A stretch of 64,000 nucleotides of DNA, from positions 9,612,280-9,676,279 of the forward strand of contig OZ037771.1 in the NCBI GenBank assembly GCA_964035545.1, written 5' to 3'. The notes beneath the pieces were generated by a model that made no database searches, was not told the origin of the DNA, and was given only the letters and a program-made list of their open reading frames with translations. Numbering within the stretch: the first letter of the stretch is position 1; every line of letters begins with the position of its first letter. This DNA comes from Bugula neritina (lineage: Eukaryota > Animalia > Bryozoa). The translations under genes and the position numbers were made by a program. Positions 34,401 to 46,643 of this stretch are shown here, one piece after another.

Positions 34401-37385
34401 TTATTACGGCATGTCTCTTTCAGAATGATTTTACCCTGGAGAACAAAGGGAGCTATCAGACCTAGGGGGTCAAACACGGAAGCTACTGTAGATAAAACAC
34501 CTTTCCTAGTGTCTGGTTTGATAATGGGGCGATGCTGGAATGTGAATTGGTCTTGGTCCGTATCCTACAGGACACCAAGTGATCGTTCTTGAGGTAATAG
34601 ATCAGAGGTGAGATTTAGGGTGGCAAGTGTATTTGCACACTCACTCCTTGGTAACTGTGACATGACAGACCTACTGTTAGAGGCTATTTTGTGAAGCTTA
34701 AATTGACCGGTTTGGCAAACTGACTGAGTTTGTTTAATCAGGATAATAGCTTCTGCTTCACTGGAAACACTTGTGAGAACATCATCAACGTAAAAGTTGT
34801 GATGAATGAAGTGATGTGATGGTGCAAGAGTCGGTGATAATGACTTGCAGCGATCAGCTAGAAACCTGAGACCGTAGGTTGCACATGCGAGAGAAGATTG
34901 AGCTCCAAAAAAATGAACAGTCATCTTGTAAGTAGCATATCTTCCATCTTTATTGTACCATATAAAGTTAGGATAGTCTTGGTGCTCTGGTAAAACCTTG
35001 AATTGATGGAACATTCGTTCTATGTCCCCCATAAAGGCTATATGATTCTTCCTAAATTGCAGTAGGATACCTTAGAGGTCATTTATGTGATCTGGACCAT
35101 GCAGAAGGAAGTTATTCAGACTAACTCCTCCTACCATAGCAGTGCAATCAAAGACAACACGAATGCAATCAGGCTTGTGAGGATGAAACACTCCAAAGGG
35201 AGGAATATACCAGGAAGTGGTTGAATCATGAGGAGCAATAACAGCTTCACCCTTAGAAATGAGGTCAGTCATGAAATGGTGGTATTGAGTTTTGTACGCA
35301 GGATTACTGTTGAACTTCTTCTCTAGAAGTCTGAATCGATGTAGTGCAGAGGACTTGGGGTCAATATGTGGAGGTTTAGCTTTAAATGGCAACGGCATCC
35401 AGACCCTGTTATTTTTCATTGTGGTCTGACTTTTCATTGTGAAGAGAAATTGCTTGTCTTCAATAAGGAGACTTGGTGTTTCATCGTGTGAGTCTGAATA
35501 TTCAGGGTTGAATATGTCAATTAGCTTAGCAAGCTCTTTTTTTGGATTAGCAGTACACTTGAAAGTTACTAGCTCTCTGCCCTGTGGCACTGGTCGATTG
35601 ATTATTTTAGTATGTGTAATATGCTGAGGATTTATTTTACCCATGACTTTCCAACCTATCACTGTCTTGATTGCAAACGGTTCTTCTTTGTTACTTGTGA
35701 TAAGGATTTGTTGAGGTCTGTATGCCTCCATGAAAGTGTTGCTAATCAATAATATTACTGGGATATTGTTAGTGGAATCCGGTAGTTCATCTGCCACTGG
35801 CAACAAGTGGGGCCATGTCTGTAGCTTTTGCTTTGTAGGAATTTGAGTGTTGTCAATAGATAGTGTTGGGTGTGAATAACATGGTGGTGGTGAATGTCGC
35901 TCTGTACCTCTGTAGGCACGAACCTATAAGCCTGTAACAATATCACAGTCAATTGGTTTGTTGTTAGAAGTCAATGTGGTAAGACCAATTTATATTTTCA
36001 TAGTGTCAGGATTCAGTTTTGCTATAGTGTTGTAGGTTATGTAAGTGGTGTCAGACATGGAGTCCACTAGGGCAAAAACTAAACATTCTTTTGATGGGTT
36101 TTCCTCACTGCTGACCCAAACTGGTATTACCCATGATAAGCTATCAGGGGCAATATTGATGCAATTAAAATTTCCAGTGAAGGTTTGTTTATCATCATCT
36201 AGTCATTTATCTGATGCATTTTGTTGAGAGCTTTGTGCTTCTGGGTTTTCCTGTGAATCTGGTTTTGTAGTGAGTTGCTTGTTTGAACCATTGGATGTTG
36301 CTACGTTTTTAGGGTATTTATGCATTTTGTGAAGAGAAGTTGGATTCCTTTCTTTGCAGGTGTTACAGACAGCAGGAGATTCACATTCCTTGGCAATGTG
36401 GTTACCATCTAAACAGGCATAGCAAAAGTGTTTGCCTTTGATGAACTCATGAGCTTCAGAAAATGGCAGAAGTTTTAGCTTTCTAAAAACAGCAGTTTTG
36501 TGATTGTCCATTTTGCAGAATATAGATGCATGAATGTGTGCCTTAAATTGCTGTGGAGTAACTTCGAACTGCTGTGCAGCAAATGTCCTCTTTGGAATTA
36601 CAGGTTTTTTTATAATGTCTTGAGTTTTTGTCTTTGCTTATGTGTTTGATTCATGGAGAGCTTTTGACAATAAATTTTGAGCTATATCACAGTGGTGTGA
36701 TAAAATGTTATAAATGTTTTTAGAGGAGCAAATCTCCCAGTCTCTTTTTCTAATCTGGTAGACTCGTCAGCCCACATTTATCCGATTTGATGTGGAATTT
36801 TCACTATTAACCTTTTATTGGCTGCTTTCGTATTGAGGTTGATGTCTGCATCAAGACCATCAATATATTCCAGTAAATCAATAAAATCTTCTAAAGCTTT
36901 TGCATCTCTTTGGTTTATTTTTGGCCAGTTTTGGAGTTTATCTAAGTATGCCTCTGTTATTTTTTCTCCTTTCCCGTATCTGTCATCTAATTTAGCCCAG
37001 GCTGCCTCATATGAGTGTTCTGTCTTTTGTCTGTAAAGACCTTGGATGACTTTGTAAGCTCTGCCGTCTACAAACTGTCTTAAATTTAACCATTTTTGCT
37101 CGGCTGAGCTTTTTGAGAGGTTAAAAGCCTCATTGAAGGCCACCTTCCAATCTTGGTATTTCAGTGGATCGCCCGAAAACATGGGGGGCTCTGATGGACA
37201 TTGCCTAACTAGGTTGATAGCTTCAGCGTAATCATCAGGTGTAAAGGCAGGTTGCTGTTGGTAGCTGGGGTTAGTAACAGGGCTTTGATAAGCAACCTGG
37301 GGAACATTGCTTGAGAGCTCATTAGACTGTAAAAAAGGGTTCACAGTTAGTTTAAGGTCATGCTTTTCAGTTTCTGGCTCTTTGC
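31500..37385 (-). pseudogene. BEL/Pao gag-pol main body
   Basis: ORFs 36778-37344, 36203-36511, 35072-35806, 34565-35032, 33353-34336, 32839-33300, 32485-32778; last codons split by MITE copy B. Confidence 0.9.
31545..32300 (-). mobile_element. ~750-bp MITE copy B (inverted relative to copy A)
   Basis: TA|CACAGGATAGTTAAGG...CCTTAACTATCCTGTG|TA; reverse complement of 23199-23952. Confidence 0.92.
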
Positions 37386-39879
37386 CAGGTGCTTTATGTT
37401 CTATATGAACAATGTTCCACTGATAGCTCGAACAGGTTGAATGTCACAAGAACAAAAAAAATATGAAAAGATAAAGAAACTTATGTTCTCCAATATACTT
37501 TTTTATTTTTTTCAAAAGCCAATTCATGTTTAAGTTATAGCTTGTTGAAAAAACTAGTCCCCCTTCCACATTCTCTTTAATTTATACGCTCCTGACTTGT
37601 TATTGTGTCTCAATATGCCTTGTATTTGAGTGCTTGTTAGTCTCGCTTCACTAACTTTGCCTATACTTCACAAGTGCCAGTGCTGCTGGCTCAAAAGCTA
37701 AATGTTATAAACTGTCAGCTAAAATCTGATCTAGTATTCCTAGGTTGGTTGGCCTAAATAAAACAATAGTCAAATCATGATTTCATGTTTTAAAAATTTA
37801 CTCTATTCTAACCTGCTGCCTAGCTAGTTATATTTTTGATGTATAATTACAGAATTTGTGATACATTTTTTTGGCAACCATCCGAGTTATAAAATGCAGT
37901 AATGGTACTTATAATATTATATTATTATCATTATAATATACTATATAGTATTATGTGTGTTTTTATTATACTGCATAATATATATTTTATTATTGTTGTT
38001 GTGCAAACAAGTGCAATTAACCTAGTTTTCAAAATGTACCTCTAAATTATCAGAATATCAGTTTAGATATTTCCATACTTTGCTAGGTAAACCTAAAAAA
38101 AGAGGCTGTATTCCCAAAGTAAAGGGTGTTGAACTATGAACTATATTAGATTTGCCACTCTGCTACCAAGTGCATCAGTATAATATTATATGAATAGCTC
38201 TGATGCTTTGTCTCCAGTGGCTGGCTGCGATATGATAACTTAGCCAACTTCCAAGAGTTTAAAATTGGCGCAATTATTCAAGAGGTTACATACTGCAGAG
38301 AGCTAGCAGTGATAGTAACCTTGCTATTGACAGTACTTATTACAACTGCCAGCATATAAGCTGCATTGTAGAATGCCGTTGGGGTAGGCTAGTAAAACCA
38401 AATTCTGCTCTCTAATATATTTTAGACACAATGCAGCAACATAGTTTTTAGTTTCAAATTATATTGCCACCCTTACATGAGCTGTGGGCTTCATAAAGAT
38501 TCATATGATTAGATATTTATGCTATAGGCCCTACCTGTGCTAGTGTATGATGAAAATAACACACCATTGTCAAAGTTAACTTCAAGTATGTTGTTTTCCA
38601 GAAACTCAGTATTGTCCATTTATCTCTCGCATACAAATACTTATGTAATGGCATACAGTTTAAGTTTTATTTTAGAGCACATCTGCAAACTCTACAATAA
38701 GAGCTTGCTTTACCAGTCTATTTCAGACCTGTTTTTGTAGCTAGTAATACGCAAGCTACTTATTTTTAAACTTTTGGGTTATTTGTTCAAAACCATTAGC
38801 TTTGCTAGTAACCTGAGGCTATTGCAACAGTTTACTGCTGATCAACATGAATTGACAGCCTAATAATTATAACCCATTTGCCGCGAAATATTTATGAAAT
38901 AACTGTTACTCAAATAGTGAGCGACTTACTAACGATGACTGCGTGGTCCAGAGGTCAACGGCGTCGGCGAGGAGTTGGTTGGTCATGGTTCAACCCTAGT
39001 TTGTTGCAATTTTTTTTGTCAACTTATGCAAATCCTACGCATGTATAATAAATATGGCTATAATTGTAAAGTTTTTTTAACTTTTGTTCAACGGTAAGAC
39101 AACATACATGCATAATAATTAGATACTGAACACTGGGCTAAACCTTAAATTGATCTTATAGAATACAATGTACTTAAAATAATCATATGTGAATTAGAGA
39201 AACTGAAAGTACACCTGCTGCACTATAAACAAACCTTTACTGACAAGACTGCAAAGTGAAGTGATTTAGCTGAAATTAACTCTGCCAAACAAACAAAGAA
39301 TTATGTTGTGCTGAGGCATTTTCAATAGATTGTAACATAGTGAGATATTCAGCAAAGTGCTAATGTAAAACAGGGAACAATATATTGGCAGAAATCCAAT
39401 AGATTGCCAATTTGTGCGAGAGGGTACTATATGTTATTGTAATAGCGCGCAGAGCGGCAAACGTACTGGGAATGTTATAATTAGTCATAGGAGCGTAGCT
39501 AGAACCACCATATGAAGAATTTAGAAAATTGCAGTGAGACTTGCAAAATGGTGTATGTTTTTACCAAATTGTGAAGAGCATAAACAGAATTTCAAAAAAC
39601 AAAGAAAGTATATTAGAGAAAACATATCAAGGAATGTCAAGTTTAACTTTTAGACTTTATAAAATGAATCCCCTGTGCTACAGCAGTGGAACATGGAGGG
39701 TGTAAAATTTTACTTATTATGCAACAACTTTCTCAGAAAATTTTTTCTTGAAAAATTAAAAAAGTATATGAAAGAGGAATGCAAGAGCTATCTTTTCATG
39801 TAAAATTTATTAATGTGAGACAAAAACTGTTCGAGCTATCCCCTGGAAACTGTTTATGTATAACATAAAGCAGTGCCTG
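37386..39879. mobile_element. ~2.5-kb non-coding TIR DNA element inserted in BEL gag
   Basis: Imperfect ~50-bp TIRs (TGCTTTATGTT...GATAGCTCGAACAG / CTGTTCGAGCTATC...AACATAAAGCA); interrupts gag; TSD unclear. Confidence 0.7.
38937..39017 (+). other. tRNA-derived Pol III-like cassette (SINE head or tRNA pseudogene)
   Basis: A-box-like TGGTCCAGAGG (38944), B-box-like GGTTCAACCC (38987), T8 run; no clean cloverleaf seen. Confidence 0.45.
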
Positions 39880-40733
39880 AATCTGGAAAGTAATGACCTT
39901 AAACTAACTGTGTTTGTGGATGGTACAGGTGTGGTTGGAAGAATACGAGAGTGCATGATATTTTTAGTCAGACGCTGAGGTGTGTGAATGATTGGTTGAG
40001 GTGGCGTAGCTGGTGTGATGGATGGCAACTGATTTAGAAGTGAAGAAGAGCTGTCCTTCTTTTCCTCTTCTTCAATGGCTTGGGCTATGACTTGCTCTTC
40101 AGCCTCCGCTGCGTGCATTTCAGCCTGAAGCTCTTGCTGCTTGACAGCGTTTGTAAGTTGACTAGCTTGCTGTCGTAACTCATGAATTATATTGGCAGAT
40201 TCTAATTTTTTTCTTAGTGCGGCTGCTTTAGCTGTGGATTACACCTGCATTAATCTGAGCTGTGACTGTGAACTAGCACGAAATGAGTGATAAGATGAAG
40301 CCGGTTTTGAACTTACAAAATGACTAGCGGATTCTAAGATCTCAAAGCGCTGAATTTCTTGTGCTGGCTTGAAGCCAGCAGTTTTTGTTTTGGTTGAAAG
40401 TTTACTCATTCGATCTATGACATCACCAATCAATGTTTCACAATCAGAATGCGATCTATCCATTTGATTTCGGACTCGAAGATCTGGCTCATGATCTCCT
40501 AGCATGAGGCGCCACTCATCATAGGTTCCTTTTAAATTGTGTTTAGCTTGGGATAGTTGGTTTTTATAACCTTCGAATGAGTCGTACGAAATATCCTGTT
40601 TTGATGCAAAGTGAGAACATATAGATTTGTGTCACTCAGCACAGTTTGTGATTTCATTGTCTAGTTGTGTAGCTTTCTGATTAATTTTTGTTCTTAAAGA
40701 TGTATGGGATTTTGAGGCATTTGATTCAGACAT
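39880..40733 (-). pseudogene. BEL/Pao gag N-terminal coiled-coil region
   Basis: ATG at 40733; Ser-rich then A/E/Q-rich helical segment (ORFs 40239-40505, 39810-40118) typical of BEL gag; collinear with the rest of the element. Confidence 0.7.
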
Positions 40734-41324
40734 CACTTATTTAGGTATGAAAGCGTAGCAATCACAAAGAATTGTAATGGATTTCAGTGGTGCAATTTAT
40801 TGTTAGTTATTATATCGAAAGGGTCGACTCTATACTGTATGCTATTGTGGAGATCGACTACATCGACCTCCAGTGACTTGTAGCTATGGCCAACAGTGGC
40901 ACCACTAGTAACAACCAATCAGGACTGATACACTAATTGATAGCAGGTGGAGCTAGCTACTCGTAGTTGAAGCGCGCTGAGTAGCTAGCCAGGCAGAGCA
41001 GCTTGGGACTTCGTTTAGAGTACTTGTGTATAAAGCTCACTTATTATGTAATCGTTTCAATTCATGTTAGCAATAAATAAAACTTTTTGTATCTTGTAAT
41101 GAATAAACTTTTGATAACGTAAACAACCTGGTGTAGTGGCTTTGTTTAAGTCGACCCACACATAATATAGTGAATTGTGGAATTCACTACAGTGGTGGCA
41201 GCAGTGGGATTCCACTTGATACAAATGCTCCTAGCCAGGGAGTAAGATAGCCGACGAGGACGACGCGCCCGGACAGGAACCGGCAGCAATAGAGGAGGAT
41301 CACATAGGCGGCCCAGCGCTGCCT

Positions 41325-42119
41325 ATGAACAGGTACCACTTGCGGGCTCCCATCTTCTCAGGGGAAGAAGATGTGGAGCAATTCATCACGGAGTTTAGTG
41401 ATGTGGCGGCCATCTGCAGATGGCCGAATAGGGTTACCCTGATCCAGCTGCGGTTATGTCTGACAGGGCCGGCTAAACCCTATGGGATAAGCCAGAATGT
41501 CGGTGACATATTTGAAGCATTACGAGCTCAGTTTGGATTAACCGCTCGAGATGCTCGCGTGCAACTGCAGGGGCTTAGGAGAAATCTTAAGACCAACCTG
41601 CAAGAGCATGCTACCGCAGTCGAACGACTGGCGCAAGTCGCCTACGGTGACTTGCCTGCTGATAGTCGACAGAGCCTAGCACTGGATGCATTCCTCCAGT
41701 CTATTAACAACCTCGGTCTGAAACAGCATCTGCTGGTGGCCGAAGTTGAGACTATGGAGAGAGCTCTAAGGCTTGGGAATGCTTATTTCCAAGCCGACAG
41801 TGCGAGTCGACCTGGTGCGACGATACAGCAGGTCGGAGCAGACGACGACGTGTCGACGTCGCCGGCGAAGACAGCTGTACATGTCGCCTCGGCAGCAGCA
41901 GACGAATCGACTAGCTTGACCACAAGCTTGATTCGAGAACTGCTAGCCGAGATCAGGCAACTGCGTTAGCAGTCGACAGCCGAGCGACCCAGGAGGTCGT
42001 CGGTAGCTGTCGACGACAGGCGCCGCCCCGTATGCTGGGGCTGTGGTTTTGGTGGGCACTTCATGCGAAGTTGCCCCCATGGTAGTGGGAGGCAGTTAAA
42101 CAGCAACGGCCAACCGTAA
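41325..42119 (+). pseudogene. gag: G4 gag (internal TAG at 41967)
   Basis: RAPIFSGEEDVEQFITEF; CWGCGFGGHFMRSC CCHC knuckle in the same frame after the stop. Confidence 0.88.
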
Positions 42120-45100
42120 CTTCCGCCGACCGTGGGCCCCAGTTTAACCCCCCAAGGCAGAGGCCAAGGCCCAAACCCCACCGGGTGAGGAGGCCGCCTT
42201 CGCCAGAGTGGCAAGCCCCAAGGAGAGTTAGCAGGCTGCAAGGCCCACCAAAACCTTCGGCTTGGGCACTCAAAAACCGCTTTGAAGGTTTGCTTGATGA
42301 GGGAGTGAACGACGAGTGGGAGCAAAACAGGGATTTTCCTCGGTTGCTCACACGAGCATCAGTCCGAGAATTCACTCGGCCGCCCGTGTGTGAGCGAGAC
42401 CGAGACGTAACCTGCTAGCCCACGCGACGTCGACGACCCCCTCGCAACCGAAAAGCACAGGTGCATCCCCAACTCCATGCACATGAGGTGTCGCTTCAAG
42501 AGACGAACCGCTCAGTGAGCGCTCAGCCATATGGAAGCAGCTATTTCCTCCCCGGCCAACTTGCTGGCAAAGCTGTCACGTTCCTGTTGGATACTGGGTG
42601 CACCACAAATCTACTGAGTCGGCGTCTATTCGACACTCTCAGTGCCAGGGACAGGGCTAGCCTCGAACCATATGAAGGGGAACAGGGCACGTTGGCGGAC
42701 GGGTCGTGTATTCCTTTCTATGGGGTAATCCAGTTGACTGGTAGAGTCTGTGATCAGATGATCAGTGAGACCTTCGTCGTCAGTCAACTCAAGGAGGACG
42801 CCATCTTGGGCATGCCATTTCTGAAGCGACACAGGTGCTACATCGACTTTAGCAAGTCGGCGGTAGTGATGGCTGGGCGTGAGCTGGCCTGTGTCGACCG
42901 ATTTGGCCGACCCTTGGTGGGGGGAGTGCAGGTGGTACAGTGTTGCACTGTACCTGGGTGCTCCCAGGCTACAGTTCGCTGCAGAGTGAACTGTAGGGAA
43001 ATCTCCGAGCTTGGAGTGGTGGAAGGTGCACTGGGGGGCGTCCAGCTCGCTAACAGTCTGAACAGGCTGGATGAGCAGGGGGAGTTCCTGGTCCAGTGCG
43101 TAAACCCTTTCACGGAGCCGGTAGAATTGCCGGCTGGGTCTCTAGTGGGGAAGTTCCACTCTGTACAGGAGGAGGATGGAGGGCCCGTGCTGGAGACGGC
43201 GGACGAAGCCCGTGGGGTACCCACTAGAGACGGCAGGGGGCCGGTGCCTAAACACGTAGTGGAGTTGTACGAGAATGCCTGTGATGGCTGTGAGAGCAAG
43301 CGAGAACGCCTGGTGATGGCGCGGCTACTCTCTGAGTACAAGGACGTGTTCAGTTGCGGCGACCATGACATGGGTCTGACTAAGACTGTCTGTCACGAGA
43401 TACCCCTGGCGGCGGGGACGGCGCCCATCCGGCAGCCGACCCGCCGGTTAGGTCCTGAGAAGGAGAGAGAAGTGAGCCGTCAGGTGCAAGACCTTCTGAA
43501 CCGGGACCTGATTGAGCCAGGCCATGGGGCCTGGAGTTCTCCAGTCGTCCTGGTTCGGAAAAAGGATGGGAGCTGGAGGTTTTGCGTTGATTATTGCAGG
43601 CTGAACAGCGTGACCATCCAGGGCGCTTACCCTCTCCCTAGGATCAATGAGTCGCTCGATGCCTTAGCTGGTAGCAAGTTCTTCAGCACGTTGGACTTGC
43701 TAAGCGGGTATTGGCAGGTGCCCCTGAGTCCTGAAGCACAGGACAAGGCTGCTTTCATAACGCGGGATGGGCTCTGGAAATGGAAGGTGTTGCCATTCGG
43801 ACTTACGTCCGCACTGGCCACCTTTCAGCGACTCATGGAGCAGGTCCTGAGTGGGCTGCACTGAAAGACCTTGCTCATCTATCTCGATGATGTCATTGTC
43901 ATCTCCCCCGACTTTGACACACATGTCAGTCGACTCAGGGAGGTGTTTGACAGGCTTCGAGCTGCTGGTCTGAAACTCAAGCCCTCTAAGTGTGCATTAC
44001 TGCAACGCGAGGTCAAGTACCTGGGCCATGTAGTTGGTCGAGATAGGGTCGCCACCGTCCTCGAGAAGGTACGGGCTGTGAGGGACTGGGCCGTCCCTGT
44101 CGACCTCCCAGAATGGCGGGCATTCCTGGGACTGGTAGGGTACTATCGTCAGTACATACCAGACTTCGCCGGAATTGCACAGCCGTTAAATCGGCTGACA
44201 GCAAAGGGGGTGCGCTGGCAGTGGACACAGGCCGAGCAGAAGGCATTTGACCACCTGAAGGGTCGCCTGGTGGAAGCACCCATCTTGGCGTATCCTGACC
44301 CTGCGAAGGAGTACATTTTGGATACTGATGTCAGTAACCATAATGTGGGGGCTGTGCTGTCGCAAGTCCAAGATGGTCGCGAGGTGGTGGTGGCTTACTG
44401 TAGCAAAGCCCTGTCGGCGCCTGAGAAGAACTACTGTACAACCAGGAGGGAACTCTTGGCAGTAGTCAAGGCGGTCAAACACTTTAGACCATATCTATAT
44501 GGGCGCACATTCCGGCTTCGGACGGACCATGCGTCTTTGATATGGCTGTGTCGACGGGCAGAACCATCAAGCAAAGTAGCGCGCTGGCTAGAGATCCTGG
44601 CAGAGTTTTCTTATCGGATCGAACACCGACCCAGTAGGAAACACGGTAACGCCGATGGACTCAGCCGCCGCCAGGCAGATGGGTGTAAGCAGTGCCAGAT
44701 TATTGAGCGCAGGGATGGTGAACCACTCGCTCGGACGTTGAAGCGCAGTTGGGGAAAGCGGGTGTATACAGCTGGAAAAAGGACAACTCCTGTCCGAATC
44801 CCCTAACGAAGCTGTTAACAACCTTCACGCAAACCCCACGCTGCTCAGGAACGTCAGGGAGCTATGTCGGCTCCAGGCTACGCTACCAGGGGTGGTAGCT
44901 GACCTAGTCCGGGCCAAGAAAGAGGGACGGCGGCCGAGTGAGGCCGAACAACGAGTGAAAAGTACAGAGTTTAAGTACTTCTGTGACCGCTGGGACTCCC
45001 TCAGGTTCAACAGCGATGGGCTGCTAACGATCACGTTGGCAGCCGGCACCAATCGCAGTGAACGAGAGAGGGTAGTCTGCCCGTCCGCTCTGAGGCGGGA

Positions 45101-46643
45101 GTTGATCTGGGACACCCATAGGCAAGCTCACGCGGGAGCAAGCTGGGTGACTAGGTGTCTTCAACTCCAGTGGTTTTGGCCCGGTATGACCCGGGATGTC
45201 CGACTCCGGGTGCGGAAGTGCGAGGTATGCCAAGCTAGCAAGCATGGCCGCCCCACTGAAACCGCAGGGAGGCGTCGCCTCCATGCCGGTCGTCCGTGGC
45301 AGGTAGTTGCTGTCGATCTGGTAGGCCCCATGCCCACAACAGTGAGAGGTAATAACTGGATACTGGTATTAACTGACCATTTCACGCGGTGGGCTGATGC
45401 ACTGGCTATTCCAGATGCATCGGCCCCCTCGGTGGCCAGAGCCTTGGATCAGCAGGTGTTCTGTTAATTCGGCTTGCCGGAACAGATACACTCTGATCAA
45501 AGCACCCAGTTTCAGTCGCAAATTATGAGCGATCTCTGTAAAATGTGAGAGGTAAACCAGAGTCGGACGACCCCGTATCACCCGCAAGGGAACGGGGTTG
45601 TGGAGCGGAACAACCGAATGCTAGGGGACTCTCTGAGAAGCCTGCTGATCGGTAGGAGCCAGGAAGAGTGGGACTTGGTGCTGCTGCAGATCATGCGAGC
45701 GTACCGTAGTACCCCTCCATCCAGTACACTGGAGACCCTTAATTTTCTCATGCTAAGGAAAGAAACCAGGGTTCCTGAGCACGTAACCTATCATGTTCCG
45801 GCTCCCGAGAGCAACGTCCACGATTACGTGGACGAACTCGTTAAACGCATGGGGACAGCTCAGGAGGTGCTACGTGAGCAGCAATGGCAGGTCAAAAGTG
45901 GTGACTCTGACGACCCCCCCTTATACAAGGTGGGAGACTGGGTCTGGATGACCAGTCATCGCCGGCGGCGCGGACAGGCAGCCAAGTTGCAGCCGAAGTT
46001 CGTAGGTCCCTACTGCGTGATCGAGGTGATGCCAAATCACACCTACAAAGTGGAACGGTCTGGACAAGTGTCAGCCCAGAACGAATCACGGCTGAAACCT
46101 CACTGGGCGAGTCCTGATGCAGCAGGTCAAGCACCTCCCCTCTTAGAGCCCGCTAGACGCCCGCCTATGAGGGGGCGAGGCATGGCGTATAGAGAGGTTG
46201 AGGAGACACTGCAAGATCAGGACAGGGCGGCTGACGCGCCGCCCGACCCGGCCCGGCCACCTCCACCCCAGGAGGAGGAGGCCGACACACCAGAAGACCT
46301 GTCAGAGCCAGCCCCACCACCTGTGGAGCCGGTCGACAGGCCCATCGCCCCGGATGAGATTGACATTCCTCAAAATCATGAGGAAGAGGCAGCTGGGGGA
46401 GGACCACCCGTACTGGTGGACCCCCCCGTACTGGCGACACCACCCGTGGTGGAAGAGCCACCAGTCGTAGCAAATTCCCCAGTGCAGTTGGAGCGTAGGC
46501 AACGCACTAGGGCGCCTCCATCTTATTTAAAAGATTTCTTGTGTGATGCAGTGGAAAAACATCCATCAGCTCTCATAAAAGAAATCTGGGGAGACGAGCA
46601 ATTGAGAGTTGCATTTCCAAAATATAAGGAGACGCAACTGTGA
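42095..46643 (+). pseudogene. pol: G4 pol (PR-RT-RH-IN) with a few stops and a frameshift
   Basis: FLLDTGC, YLDD, ILDTD, zf-H2C2, VDLVGP, KFVGPY; lies in the -1 frame after G_TTA_AAC at 42095. Confidence 0.94.
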
